Origin: Acidobacteriota bacterium
GTDB lineage: Bacteria > Acidobacteriota > CAIWXX01
Length of the DNA: 54,733 bases
Direction of reading: 5' to 3'
Assembly: GCA_040755995.1 (NCBI GenBank)
Contig: JBFMAF010000005.1
Span: forward strand, 1 to 54,733
Under the pieces are notes generated by a model. It had not been told where the DNA came from and did no database searches. It worked only from the letters and a program-made list of their open reading frames with translations. Positions 8,560 to 18,610 of this stretch are shown piece by piece. The stretch's first letter is position 1; every line of letters begins with the position of its first letter. The position numbers were made by a program, and so were the translations under genes.

Positions 8560-9879
8560 ATGGGTTTGAGACAGGGGACCGAGATTCGACAGGCGAAGGG
8601 GCCGCTGGGCGTTCTGCTGCCCGGCATGGGGGCGGTTGCCACGACATTCATCGCAGGCGTCATGAATATCCGGCGTGGGCTCGCGAAGCCAATCGGGTCG
8701 CTGACGCAGATGGGAACGATTCGACTCGGCAAGCGCACGGACAACCGCTGCCCCAAGATTCGCGATTTCATCCCTCTCGCGTCCCTCGACGATCTCGTCT
8801 TCGGCGGCTGGGACATCTACTTTGACGACGCCTATCAGGCGGCACTGAAGGCGGGGGTGCTGACGGCGGAGCATCTCGCGCCGATCAAGGACGAGCTCCA
8901 GAAGATCAAGCCCTGGCCCGCAGTCTTCGAGAACGCATGGGTGAAGAAGCTGCATGGCGAGAACGTGAAGAATGGGAAGACGAAGGCCGAGTTGGCCGAG
9001 CAGCTCGGCGCGGACATCGCCGCCTTCAAGAAGCAGCACAACCTCGACCGGATGGTGGCGGTCTGGTGCGGCTCGACCGAAGTCTACCGCACGCCCGCCG
9101 AAGTCCACTCCTCTCTGGCGAAGTTCGAGAAAGGGTTGCTCGAGAACGACCCCGAGATCTCGCCCTCGCAGGTATATGCGTATGCGTGCGTGAAAGCAGG
9201 AGTGCCGTATGCCAACGGAGCGCCGAATCTGACGGTCGACGTAGAGGCCATGTGGGAGCTCGCCAAGAAGAACGGGGTACCGATTACGGGCAAGGACTTC
9301 AAGACCGGCCAGACTCTGATGAAGACGATCTTGTCGCCGGGTCTGAAGGCCCGGTTGCTGGGCCTCGACGGATGGTACTCCACCAACATCCTAGGCAACC
9401 GCGACGGCGAGGTTCTCGACGATCCGGAGTCGTTCAAGACGAAGGAGGTATCGAAGCTGGGCGCGCTGGAGTACATCCTGCAGCCGCACCTGTACCCGGA
9501 TCTCTACTCCGGCTTCCACCACCTCGTGAGGATCAACTACTACCCTCCGCGCGGGGACAACAAGGAAGGTTGGGACAACATCGACATACGGGGCTGGCTG
9601 GGATACCCGATGCAGATCAAGGTGAACTTCCTCTGCCGGGACTCGATCCTCGCAGCTCCGATCGTGCTCGACCTCGCCCTCTTCCTGGACCTCTGCCAGA
9701 GGTCGGGAATGTACAGCACCCAGGAATGGCTGTCGTTCTACTGGAAGAGCCCGATGACTCCGCCTGGCCTCTACCCCGAGCACGACCTCTTCATCCAGCT
9801 CATGAAGCTGAAGAACACGCTGCGATACCTGCGCGGTGAGGAGCTCATCACGCACCTGGGCGCGGAGTACTACGATTAG
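8560..9879 (+). CDS. ino1: myo-inositol-1-phosphate synthase
   Basis: GMGAVATT, GSLTQMG, GKDFKTGQT, STNILGNRDG, GDNKEGWD, CRDSILAAP. Confidence 0.95.
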   Translation: MGLRQGTEIRQAKGPLGVLLPGMGAVATTFIAGVMNIRRGLAKPIGSLTQMGTIRLGKRTDNRCPKIRDFIPLASLDDLVFGGWDIYFDDAYQAALKAGVLTAEHLAPIKDELQKIKPWPAVFENAWVKKLHGENVKNGKTKAELAEQLGADIAAFKKQHNLDRMVAVWCGSTEVYRTPAEVHSSLAKFEKGLLENDPEISPSQVYAYACVKAGVPYANGAPNLTVDVEAMWELAKKNGVPITGKDFKTGQTLMKTILSPGLKARLLGLDGWYSTNILGNRDGEVLDDPESFKTKEVSKLGALEYILQPHLYPDLYSGFHHLVRINYYPPRGDNKEGWDNIDIRGWLGYPMQIKVNFLCRDSILAAPIVLDLALFLDLCQRSGMYSTQEWLSFYWKSPMTPPGLYPEHDLFIQLMKLKNTLRYLRGEELITHLGAEYYD

Positions 9880-9953
9880 CGGGGCGGGGCCTCGCACCGA
9901 CCTGCGTGTCGCTTGGCCGCACCCGGCGATGACGCACCGCGGCAGGAACCAAC

Positions 9954-10826
9954 TTGCATACCCGTGAACGCGTGAGAGCCGCGTTCCGCATCGCGGCGAT
10001 CTTCGCATTCACAGGATCGTTGGCCGCGGTGGCCGCGTCCGAAGATGCTGGACTCAACGAACCGCAGATGTACACCTACCGTGAGATCGATGGAACACCG
10101 CTCCACGCCTACGTGTTCGCACCGGCCGATCGGGGCAAGGCGGAGCCCGCCAACGCGATACTCTTGGTTCATGGGGGCGGCTGGAGCGCGGGGAGCGCGG
10201 AATGGACATTCGATGCCGCCCGGCAGTTCGCCGAATCGGGCCTGGTGGCAATCTCGATACAGTACCGGCTATCTGAGGGTGACGTCACTCCAATCGAAGC
10301 GCTGGATGACGTGTGCGCTGCCTTCAGATGGGCTCGTGAGAATACCGGCAGGCTCGGCATCACAGGGTGCGTGCTTGGGTACGGGGTGTCCGCCGGCGGC
10401 CATCTCGTTGCTCTGGCTGCCACCCGAGGCTGTTCGGGCGGGGTCGGGCCCGACGCCCTGCTCCTTTGGTGCCCCGCCCTCGACGTTGCCGCCGACGGGT
10501 GGTTTCAGAGGAAGCTCAACGGTCGTGCCAGCTCAGTGACGTACTCGCCGGTCGAATATGTCTCGGGGTCGACACCGCCCACATCGATTGTTCATGGAGC
10601 CGAGGACACGCTCACACCGCTCTCCGGCGCCAGGCGGTTTTGCGACCGCTTGATCGAGGCAGGCGGGATATGCGAACTGAACGCATACAAGGGGTTGGGT
10701 CACCTGCTCACGCGCAACCTGGAAAATCAAGAGAGCGAATTCGACCCCGACCCCAACGCTCGCGCGGATGGGATTGCTCGACATCTGGCCTTCCTGAGGA
10801 TTCTGGGCCTCGTGCCCAACGAATGA
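9954..10826 (+). CDS. alpha/beta hydrolase (HSL/BD-FAE-like esterase), probably exported
   Basis: HGGGW oxyanion motif, GVSAGG nucleophile, HGAEDTL Asp, GLGH His. Start may be GTG 9972. Confidence 0.9.
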   Translation: MHTRERVRAAFRIAAIFAFTGSLAAVAASEDAGLNEPQMYTYREIDGTPLHAYVFAPADRGKAEPANAILLVHGGGWSAGSAEWTFDAARQFAESGLVAISIQYRLSEGDVTPIEALDDVCAAFRWARENTGRLGITGCVLGYGVSAGGHLVALAATRGCSGGVGPDALLLWCPALDVAADGWFQRKLNGRASSVTYSPVEYVSGSTPPTSIVHGAEDTLTPLSGARRFCDRLIEAGGICELNAYKGLGHLLTRNLENQESEFDPDPNARADGIARHLAFLRILGLVPNE

Positions 10827-11177
10827 TCCGTTCTCCTGCGCCGTAGGCTCTGGCTCGCGCGGCCGGGCGTGTTGAGATTGGCTCCCCCGCTCCACGGGGA
10901 GCCCGGCGACAGCCACGCGTCCTGGATCTGGTGCTGGCGTAGGCGTTCGAAAACCGATCCGAGCTGCTCGTTTCATTGTTCGGCGAACGCGACGCGCCGG
11001 CATTCGATGGGTAGGTGTCGCCGGCGTGTCGGGTCGCATCGGTCGCATGAGACCTGCGAATCGGGCGTGGACCATTCGTCACAGCCTGGTGGGGTTCTGT
11101 CCCAGGAGGGTGCCGGAGGGGATCATTGCACTTGACGCCGGCGCCGAAATGGTCGATGTAGTGATGTGGAGAGAGAA

Positions 11178-12359
11178 ATGTCGAGCAGGGTTCTCGCTCT
11201 CGTCCTGACCGGCTTGGCGGGCCTCACCCTCCCGGCCTCCGCCCGCGACTTCTACCAGGGATCCGTCAACGCCCTCCGGGCGCATCTCCAGGCGACGCTA
11301 GGCCGGGAGGCCGGTTCCCGCGAGAAGATACCCTTCGAAATCCCGCCGGATCTGCTGGCTCGCGTGCGGTCGGAGACGAGCCGCTTCGCGAGTCCGAGGG
11401 AGAAGGTGCGGACGATCATGGAAATCATCGTCAGCAAGTCCAACCTTGGTTTGACGTACGACCCGGTGTCGACACTGACGGCCGGGGACGTGATTGAGCG
11501 GGGGCGAGGCAACTGCCTGTCGCTGGCGAATCTCTTTGTCGGGATGGCGCGGGCGAGCGGGTTGAACGCGTGCTATGTGCATGTGACGGAGGTCGAGCGG
11601 TTTCGAGTAGCTTTCTCGGAGACGCGGGACGGTGCGGTGATCCACAGCACCCACATATGCTCGGGGATCAAGGAAACCGGTTCGATGGCGCTGATCGACT
11701 TCAGCCCCGGCGCCACTCGGCAGTACCGGCAATACGTCGTCATCGACGACGTTACGGCTCTGGCGCACTTCTACACGAACCTTGCCTTCGAGATCGGATA
11801 TCACTCGCCGCAGATTCCTCCGGACGAGCGCGACGGCCTCGAGGTGGGCTACCAGAGAAAGGCGCTTGCAGTGAAACCGGACTTCTACCAGGCCATGGGC
11901 AATCTCGGCGCGTTCTACCGCCGGCGGGGCGAACTGGACAAGGCGCTTGAGTGTTTCGGAGAGGCGCTGCGTGTGAATCAGGACTATGCTGACGCATACA
12001 GCAATCGCGCCTCGGTGTACGTAGAGATGGGCCGCCCCAGCGAGGCAGTAAACGAGATCAGGAAGGCGCTGCGTCTCGGCCCGGCCAATCCGTTTCTCCA
12101 CTACTCGCTTGGCCGGATTCTACAAGCCGCCGGCAAGACCGAGGAAGCCGCCGAATGCTACGAGAAGGCAATCGATCGCGCGAAGAACGCGAGCTTCTAC
12201 GTGGCGCTCGGGCGCTGCCGCCTTGCCCTCGGCCAGAAGGACGAGGCCATCAAGGCGTTTCGAAAGGCAGTCGAGCTTCAGCCGGGCCACACCGAAGCAA
12301 CCCGCCTTCTGGGACTGACCAGCCCCGAGCCCGCGACTCCGAACAAGGAAGCTGGCTAG
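11178..12359 (+). CDS. transglutaminase-like domain plus TPR repeat protein
   Basis: Signal peptide; GNCLSLANLF (Cys), THIC (His), IDF (Asp) triad; C-terminal TPRs. Confidence 0.85.
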   Translation: MSSRVLALVLTGLAGLTLPASARDFYQGSVNALRAHLQATLGREAGSREKIPFEIPPDLLARVRSETSRFASPREKVRTIMEIIVSKSNLGLTYDPVSTLTAGDVIERGRGNCLSLANLFVGMARASGLNACYVHVTEVERFRVAFSETRDGAVIHSTHICSGIKETGSMALIDFSPGATRQYRQYVVIDDVTALAHFYTNLAFEIGYHSPQIPPDERDGLEVGYQRKALAVKPDFYQAMGNLGAFYRRRGELDKALECFGEALRVNQDYADAYSNRASVYVEMGRPSEAVNEIRKALRLGPANPFLHYSLGRILQAAGKTEEAAECYEKAIDRAKNASFYVALGRCRLALGQKDEAIKAFRKAVELQPGHTEATRLLGLTSPEPATPNKEAG

Positions 12360-12496
12360 CCATGGCCAGTCAGCGAGCACGCCAGGCCCTCGGCCGTGAA
12401 GTAGATCGCTTTGTCCCTCCCCTGCACATAGATGGCGACCCGCTCATCGGCCTGCCCCTCGTTGGGAACGAACGAAATCGGCATCTGTCCGAAACT
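12356..12496 (-). pseudogene. fragment of the N-terminal domain of an SBBP/beta-propeller surface protein
   Basis: Minus-strand frame not in the ORF track reads SFGQMPISFVPNEGQADERVAIYVQGRDKAIYFTAEGL, then stops at 12356; in-frame stop upstream. Confidence 0.55.
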
Positions 12497-12647
12497 AGTA
12501 GTAGGGTCGGACGCGACCGCAGGATCGCGCTGGCAGTGCTATTTGGAAGCCCGTCCATCCTCGTCCACACGTCCGGGCCGTACTCTGCGAGGGAGTGAAC
12601 GCAGACCAGCCCTGCGCCGGAATCTGCTTCGCTGCGGCGGGTGCGAG

Positions 12648-13064
12648 CTACTTTGTGACCTGGAACCTCAGATTCAGCGGTCGCGCAAACTTGCGCAGTT
12701 GTGGCTGCTTCGCAGTGCCCGCCACGACCCACATGGCACCATTGTACGTCTGCCGCTTGGCGTCAGACGGGATGGTGACGGTTAGAGTGACTGTGGTCAC
12801 TGTGTTGGCAGCGATGTCTCCGAACGTCGTCGGGTCCACTTTCAAAATGCCGTTGACAGATGGCGTCCAGGCGAGCTTCACGCCCTTGAGATCGATGGAG
12901 CTCTTGAAGGTCACCGTGGTCGTGTAGGTGCCGCCCACCACGATCTTTGCGCCGACATTGCCCGATGACCACTCGATCTTCGGCACGGCGGCGTCCGCCC
13001 ACGCCGCGAGGGTGATCATCGCCACGAACGCAATTCCGACTGTGACGAACCTGCTTATCCTCAT
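12648..13064 (-). CDS. hypothetical secreted beta-rich (Ig-like) protein
   Basis: Signal peptide ending ADA, Thr/Val-rich beta strands, GGAGG RBS, TTGACT-17-TATATT promoter at 13086-13114. Confidence 0.75.
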   Translation of the reverse strand: MRISRFVTVGIAFVAMITLAAWADAAVPKIEWSSGNVGAKIVVGGTYTTTVTFKSSIDLKGVKLAWTPSVNGILKVDPTTFGDIAANTVTTVTLTVTIPSDAKRQTYNGAMWVVAGTAKQPQLRKFARPLNLRFQVTK

Positions 13065-13215
13065 ACGCGCCTCCCTCTTGACCTGAATATAGGCACGACT
13101 CGAACTGAAGTCAACCCCGGTCCGGCGCGACTGTGACGCGCGTCACGCGTGCCAACGACTGCGCTCGCGGTGTGCCGTCTCCATCATGGAGCCGCGGTGG
13201 AGGGGGGCGCGGCGA

Positions 13216-14577
13216 TCAAACCATTGCCCTCTGCTTCCGCACGAAGCGATCGTAGAGCGCAAGGCCGGCCATTGACACGACACCAACCAGCGCCACCGCT
13301 GTCCACATGCGGGCAGCCTGGATTGGCTGGTTGAACTTTGCCGGTGAGGCTATGAATCGCTCGAACAGCATCCCGCCTATGGGCGCGCCTACGATGCTTC
13401 CGAGCGCGATTGGGAGGTTGGCATAGCCGAGGTACAGCCCTTCTTCGCCGCGACGGGCGATCGAGCCGAGGTACTCGTAGATTCGCGGCGAGGCCATCAT
13501 TTCGCCGACGGCCATCGCGGCGATGGACACGACCAGAAAGGCGCCGGCGACTGGAAGCGTAGCGCTCCCCCACCCTACCCGTTCGGACAGGCCAGGGAAC
13601 AGCAGCGGGGGCAGGACGTTGATCAACATCCCGGCTGTGGTGACGCCGGCGCCGATCAAGATGGACTTCACCGGCGACCAGCGTTTCACGATCTTGGTGA
13701 CGAGGAGCTGCAGAGAAACGATCATGACGGGGTTCGCGAGCGTGTACAGCTCCACAGGGGCATTCGGGTCTACGTAGCGCAGGAAGAGCGGGATCAGGTT
13801 GTAGAGCTGGACGTAGAGAAACCAGAAAAGGCCTATGACGACGAGAAAGAAGACGAATTTCGGATCCCGTAAGACCATGAAGATGCCGCCCAGGGCCTGC
13901 CCAAGGGTCTTGCGTGGAGCTGCCTCGGTGTTCTTCGCGCCGGCGACATACTCGGGCTCGCGATACAGAAACAGCACGATCAGGATCCCGAGCCCTGCGA
14001 AGACGGCCGCCACGGGAAAGAAGATGGACGGAATCCCGAGCTCCCTGCGGACGAAGTATGAAACGCTCCGGCCCGTGATCGATCCGATATTGATGACCAT
14101 GTAGAAGACGCCGAAGCCCAGCGTCGCGAACGCGCCGGACGTTTTTTGCACTGTCCCGGCGATGCATGGCTTGACGATCGATCCGCCGATGCCGATCAAG
14201 ACGATTCCGGCAACGACGGGGATAGTGTAGTCAACGGTCGTCGATGTGCCTCCGGCGAGCCTCGGCCAGAAACGCTGGACATTGCCCATGATGACGTACC
14301 CAAGAACCAGCATCACGAAGGAGACGCCGAGGGATCGTCTGAAGCCGTACTTGTCGGCCAGCGTGCCGCTGAGGATCGGCAGGAAGTAGATGAGCCCCCA
14401 GAGCAGCGATCCGTTGAGGAAGGTGGCGAAGGTGGGTGACATTCCGAGGCCTTCCTTCAGGTACACCACCACGAAGGATGCCACCGCGTAGTAGGCGGCG
14501 CGCTCGAACAGCTCGATCGTGTTCGCCGACCAGAAGGTGAATGGGAAATGCGCCTTCGTAGTACTCTCAGCCGTCAT
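13216..14577 (-). CDS. POT/PTR-like MFS peptide transporter
   Basis: ELFERAAYY (ExxERxxYY) motif, GTLADKYGFRR, FYMVINIG, about 12 TM segments. Confidence 0.9.
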   Translation of the reverse strand: MTAESTTKAHFPFTFWSANTIELFERAAYYAVASFVVVYLKEGLGMSPTFATFLNGSLLWGLIYFLPILSGTLADKYGFRRSLGVSFVMLVLGYVIMGNVQRFWPRLAGGTSTTVDYTIPVVAGIVLIGIGGSIVKPCIAGTVQKTSGAFATLGFGVFYMVINIGSITGRSVSYFVRRELGIPSIFFPVAAVFAGLGILIVLFLYREPEYVAGAKNTEAAPRKTLGQALGGIFMVLRDPKFVFFLVVIGLFWFLYVQLYNLIPLFLRYVDPNAPVELYTLANPVMIVSLQLLVTKIVKRWSPVKSILIGAGVTTAGMLINVLPPLLFPGLSERVGWGSATLPVAGAFLVVSIAAMAVGEMMASPRIYEYLGSIARRGEEGLYLGYANLPIALGSIVGAPIGGMLFERFIASPAKFNQPIQAARMWTAVALVGVVSMAGLALYDRFVRKQRAMV

Positions 14578-14590
14578 TCATCCTCCATGC

Positions 14591-14678
14591 TCCGTCTCTC
14601 CGTTTCCCCGTCTCTCCGGTTTTCCGATTCGCCGGTTCTCCGTCACTCCGGTTCCCCGTTTCCCCGCTTCTCCGGTTC
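14591..14678. repeat. octamer tandem repeat (11 degenerate copies, consensus NCCGNTTC)
   Basis: tccgtctc tccgtttc cccgtctc tccggttt tccgattc gccggttc tccgtcac tccggttc cccgtttc cccgcttc tccggttc. Confidence 0.9.
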
Positions 14679-14685
14679 ACCTCGT

Positions 14686-16089
14686 CTACCGGCGGCCCTC
14701 CGGCGGGAAGACCGCCCACGGGTTGCTCGGCAGGTCTTTCAGAAAGCCCTCCTGCCAGTCGTACTGAGTATGCCTGGCGAGGAACTCATCTGCATCGAAT
14801 GCGATGTCGCACGGATGTCCCCACTTAGCCCACAGCTGCCAACGTCTCGCCATCGTCGAGTCCACCGCCTTCCCATCGATGGCTCCGAACGGACGGTACG
14901 GCGGATCGCTCCCCGGCACCATTCCATTGTCAAGCTCGCCGTGCCCGCAGATCGTCCGGCCGCTCGGGGTCTCTCGCTCCAGGCAGAGGTCGTAGTGATC
15001 CGCCAGAAGCTTCTTGGCGATCTCTACGTCGATCTTGCCGTAGTACTGCTTCATGAGCTGCTTCCATCGCTCGCGACGCGCCACCGAGAAATCGCGGATG
15101 TCATCGTACGCCGCACTGGTCTCATCCCGGAGTATCGCCAGGTCGTCAGCGACGTTCGAGCCAGTGAAAAAGCCGTCCTTCTTCTTCACCAGGCGATGAT
15201 GCTCGAGACCCAGCTCCAGCCGCGCGATTTCTCCAGTCCGTATGTCGCCAAGCAGCCAGGAATTGGCATAGGCCCCATTGTTTCTCTCGATCATGATCTG
15301 GGCCCACTCATCGATGCTGTTCGCGTACTGCATGGCTCGACGGGCGCGCTCGAAAACCGGAATCCCTTTCTCATCGAACCCGTCGAATCCGCCGATCGTG
15401 GTCTCCGTGCCCACCAGCCCGGCTCGCGTGATGAAGAAATCCGTGACGCTGTAGATGCACGGACCCCAGCTCTGCATCAGAATCCCGTGACCGTTCGCCG
15501 GCTGGACGTCCACGATGATATTGCAGAACCTCAGGTCCACATAGTCGTCCCATGAGTTGTGAGCCATGACTATCTGCCCGCCCGTCGTGGCTGACCCCGT
15601 GGCTATGAAGGCGCTGCAGCCCGGTCCATGCAGCCCCAATCTCTTCTCCTCCGCCGGCCACCAGTACCATAGGACGTCCAGGAAGCCGTTCATGAAGAGC
15701 ATCTCATCGTACGTCACCTTCTTTCCAGCACATTCCATCCCGGCGACCATGCCCTTCATCTCCTGCACGTACTCATCCGAGACCTTACCTTTGAAAAGCT
15801 TGCCAGCCGTCTTCACGAAGTATCCAAGGTCCCGCGCTGTCTCGAACTTGGCGGTATGGGCCAGCGTCTGCCTGAACTCGTCGATCTCGGCCGCCGTCAA
15901 GTACCCTCTCTGGAAGCCGATCTCGAACGGCGTTCCCCCCAGGTGCACGAACACCCAGCCGTCCTTGTCGACCCGATAGGACTGCTTGAGCCAACCTTCT
16001 TCCTGAGGAGTCAGATCTCGCACGGCCCCGGCATGAAGCAGAGATGCCGAAACCACAATCAATACCAGCTGCAGTCTCTTTGTCCTCAT
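14686..16089 (-). CDS. C45-family / phospholipase B-like Ntn hydrolase, exported
   Basis: G|CSAFIATG autoproteolytic Cys, IVMAHNSW, DFFIT, ETTI, NNGAYANSWL; signal peptide after ATG 16089. Confidence 0.88.
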   Translation of the reverse strand: MRTKRLQLVLIVVSASLLHAGAVRDLTPQEEGWLKQSYRVDKDGWVFVHLGGTPFEIGFQRGYLTAAEIDEFRQTLAHTAKFETARDLGYFVKTAGKLFKGKVSDEYVQEMKGMVAGMECAGKKVTYDEMLFMNGFLDVLWYWWPAEEKRLGLHGPGCSAFIATGSATTGGQIVMAHNSWDDYVDLRFCNIIVDVQPANGHGILMQSWGPCIYSVTDFFITRAGLVGTETTIGGFDGFDEKGIPVFERARRAMQYANSIDEWAQIMIERNNGAYANSWLLGDIRTGEIARLELGLEHHRLVKKKDGFFTGSNVADDLAILRDETSAAYDDIRDFSVARRERWKQLMKQYYGKIDVEIAKKLLADHYDLCLERETPSGRTICGHGELDNGMVPGSDPPYRPFGAIDGKAVDSTMARRWQLWAKWGHPCDIAFDADEFLARHTQYDWQEGFLKDLPSNPWAVFPPEGRR

Positions 16090-16168
16090 CTCCTCGCCTC
16101 CAGAGGCACGCGGCATAGATCCTACCATGACAAGGCAAGCTCCGAAGAGCAAAATGCAAGAGTGGCGC

Positions 16169-16197
16169 TTGACCAGACGCGAATCAACAATGATAAT
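16169..16197 (+). promoter_or_regulatory. sigma70-type promoter for fabI
   Basis: TTGACC-17 bp-GATAAT. Confidence 0.5.
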
Positions 16198-16234
16198 CCC
16201 GGCGGGCAGGGCAGGATTAGAGCGGAGGGCGAAC

Positions 16235-17017
16235 TTGCTACTCGATGGCATGACGGGTCTGATTCTTGGCATTGCAAACCAACGCAGCCTGGCCTATGCG
16301 ATAGCCCAGGCCACTTCGGCGGCCGGGGCCAAATTGATCGCGACGTACCAGAATGAACGGCTCCGGCGGAATGTCGAGCCGCTGGCGGCAACCCTCAACA
16401 ACCCTCTCGTGCTGCAGTGCGACGTCGCCAGCGACGAGCAGATTCTGAGGCTCTTCGCCTCGATTCGCGAGAATACGGACCGACTCGATTTTGTCGTTCA
16501 CGCTATTGCGTACGCGCTTCGCGACGATCTCGAGGGCGAGTACGTGGATACCTCACGCGAAGGCTTCCGCGTGGCACACGACGTTTCGGCGTATTCGCTC
16601 ACGGTTCTCGCGCGCCACGCGGCGCCGCTCATGACGGGCACGGAGGAGGTGCCGCGCGGAGGCAGCATCGTCACGCTGACGTACCTCGGCGGCCAGCGCG
16701 TCATCCCGCACTACAACGTCATGGGTGTCGCGAAGGCGGCGCTGGAATCCTCCGTTCGGTACCTCGCCTATGACCTCGGCAAGAAGAATATCCGCGTGAA
16801 CGCGATCGCCGCGGGGCCGGTGCGCACATTGGCCGCGGCCGGTATCTCGCGTTTCTCCTGGATGCTGCACCACCAGGAAGCCTACTCGCCGCTCGGGCGC
16901 AACATCGAGCCCGAGGAGGTCGGAGCCGCCACCGTCTTCCTGGTCTCGCACATGGCCCGCAGCATCACCGGCCAGATCCTCCACGTCGACTGCGGCTACC
17001 ACATCATGGGAACTTAG
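16235..17017 (+). CDS. fabI: enoyl-ACP reductase (NADH)
   Basis: GIANQRSLA, VHAIAYA, SAYSL, YNVMGVAKAALE, GPVRTLAA; TTG start preceded by GGAGG. Confidence 0.96.
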   Translation: MLLDGMTGLILGIANQRSLAYAIAQATSAAGAKLIATYQNERLRRNVEPLAATLNNPLVLQCDVASDEQILRLFASIRENTDRLDFVVHAIAYALRDDLEGEYVDTSREGFRVAHDVSAYSLTVLARHAAPLMTGTEEVPRGGSIVTLTYLGGQRVIPHYNVMGVAKAALESSVRYLAYDLGKKNIRVNAIAAGPVRTLAAAGISRFSWMLHHQEAYSPLGRNIEPEEVGAATVFLVSHMARSITGQILHVDCGYHIMGT

Positions 17018-17206
17018 CAAGGCACTGCGTCACGCACTCCTCGGGCAGTGTCCTTGAGCGGGCGTCGTCAGGTTAGTAAGCTCGGTCCCATGTTGCGAAT
17101 TCATGCCGAGCACGTGCACCGCCGCGGCGGCCGATCTCACCTGATCGCGATGGTCAACTTGCCGATGGCCTCCCAGGGGCACGACCGGGAGCCGCCACCG
17201 CCGCGC

Positions 17207-18133
17207 TCATTCCCGCGGCTCGGCGGGCTGCGTCTGGGGCGGGAGGACCTTCTCCTCCACGCGCACCTCCAGGCGCTTGAAGTTCGAGTAGACTGCCTTT
17301 CCCGTGATGGTCCCCGGGACCCCGAGCGACTGGGGGCTCCGTTCCCCGATCAGCGCCGGCTTCCATGCCCCCGACTTCAGATATAGATCCGCGCGCTTCG
17401 GATGATCATAGCTCTCCGACATCTTCGCGGGGACGACCATGCCGAGCTGCTTGTCCAAGCGATACTCGACGGCAATCTTCGCGCGGAGGTCCGCGGCGGT
17501 ATCGTCGACTACCAACAAGGTCCTGTGCATCACGCCGGTGGCCGGTTCGAACTCGAGCTCGCCCTTCGCGAACAGGTCGCGACCAGAGAAGTCATGATAG
17601 AGCGACGGTGGCGTCGTCTCTGCGAACTCGACACACCACAGCCATGCACCATCCTTCATCCGCTCAGCCTTCTTGGTGAACTGGCACCGCGACCGGTTCG
17701 CGGGGTCCAGGTGGATGAGCGCGCGCGTCGGGACGTTGAAGTCGCGGTAGACTTTCCCAATGTTGTACTGGGCGCTCTCTGCCGCGATCTGCTTCGCCTG
17801 CTCGAGAGCCGTTGCGAAGGGCTGTAGAAAGAGCTTCTGGATTCTCTCCTCACGATCACGCACCGGCTTTCCGTCGACCTTGAAGACGTCGCGATAGACG
17901 ACCCATGCGCGGGCCGCCTCCCACCAGAGCAGCAGCACGTCGGATTCGAGTCTCCTGGACTGGCGAGTCGCGCCATTGGCGTCGAGGACCTCCTGCGAAT
18001 AGTGCTCCTCGGCGATGATCCTCGAAAACGACTCCCGAAAGCCGTTCACCCAGTTCGCCGCACGATCCAGAGCCTCCTCGAGATCGCCGCGGCGCGCCGA
18101 CAGGACGGGTTGCGTCTCGGAGACCGCTCGCAT
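17207..18133 (-). CDS. hypothetical protein (Acidobacteria-type beta-rich domain)
   Basis: 308-aa ORF with protein-like composition (RDVFKVDGKPVRDREERI, ESAQYNIG, VPAKMSESY, YSNFKR); function not recognised. Confidence 0.75.
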   Translation of the reverse strand: MRAVSETQPVLSARRGDLEEALDRAANWVNGFRESFSRIIAEEHYSQEVLDANGATRQSRRLESDVLLLWWEAARAWVVYRDVFKVDGKPVRDREERIQKLFLQPFATALEQAKQIAAESAQYNIGKVYRDFNVPTRALIHLDPANRSRCQFTKKAERMKDGAWLWCVEFAETTPPSLYHDFSGRDLFAKGELEFEPATGVMHRTLLVVDDTAADLRAKIAVEYRLDKQLGMVVPAKMSESYDHPKRADLYLKSGAWKPALIGERSPQSLGVPGTITGKAVYSNFKRLEVRVEEKVLPPQTQPAEPRE

Positions 18134-18166
18134 GGTGATTCGGGAGCGGCAGCAGTCGGCGTAGCG

Positions 18167-18420
18167 CTACACTCGGACCCCGTATGCCAGCCCATCCCCC
18201 AACGGCAGAATCAGCGACGGAAGACTCGGATGAGTGGTGAATCTGCATTGAACTCAGCCATGGCCTCGGTGGACTCAGCCTGGTCCGGCGAGAGCAGCTT
18301 CCCGGTTGCGACCTGCCCCTTCCAGAGTACGTTGTCGGCCAGTATCACAGCGCACGCGCGGGATGAGCAGCTCGAGGCAGGCCGAGTGCTCGCTCTTGAC
18401 CGCGTCGGCGGCGAAAGAAT
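18167..18420 (-). pseudogene. O-methyltransferase (Methyltransf_3-like) C-terminal remnant with two frameshifts
   Basis: Three successive frames give DAVKSEHSACLELLIPRVR / VILADNVLWKGQV...AEFNA / THPSLPSLILPLGDGLAYGVRV*. Confidence 0.75.
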
Positions 18421-18610
18421 CGCATGTTCATGCGATTGCAGAAAGCCCGTGCCGGCCGACAATAAGAGTGAAGGATCAAGGTGAATATGCGAGAACAGGT
18501 AGGCTTCATGATGGAAAAGGAGGAGTCATGACGACCAGAATGGCAAGGCTCGAAGAGGACGTAGCGACGCTCGAAAGAGCTCTTGTGTCGATTGTTGAGG
18601 GAGGCGACCG

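Noticed and set aside
7360..9108. 582-aa minus-strand ORF
   Set aside because: Antisense to tnaA/ino1 in codon register; no independent evidence.
10830..11160. Intergenic region with a GGCTCCCC/GGGGAGCC hairpin (10880-10903) and a faint RRSHAT recombinase-like peptide
   Set aside because: The hairpin has no U-tract and the peptide similarity is too weak to call.
14591..14678. Octamer array as CRISPR or iterons
   Set aside because: No spacers, unit too short, and no rep or cas gene.
16127..16272. Apparent head-to-head overlap of the fabI and C45 ORFs
   Set aside because: Artefact of longest-ORF calling; RBS-supported starts are 16235 and 16089.
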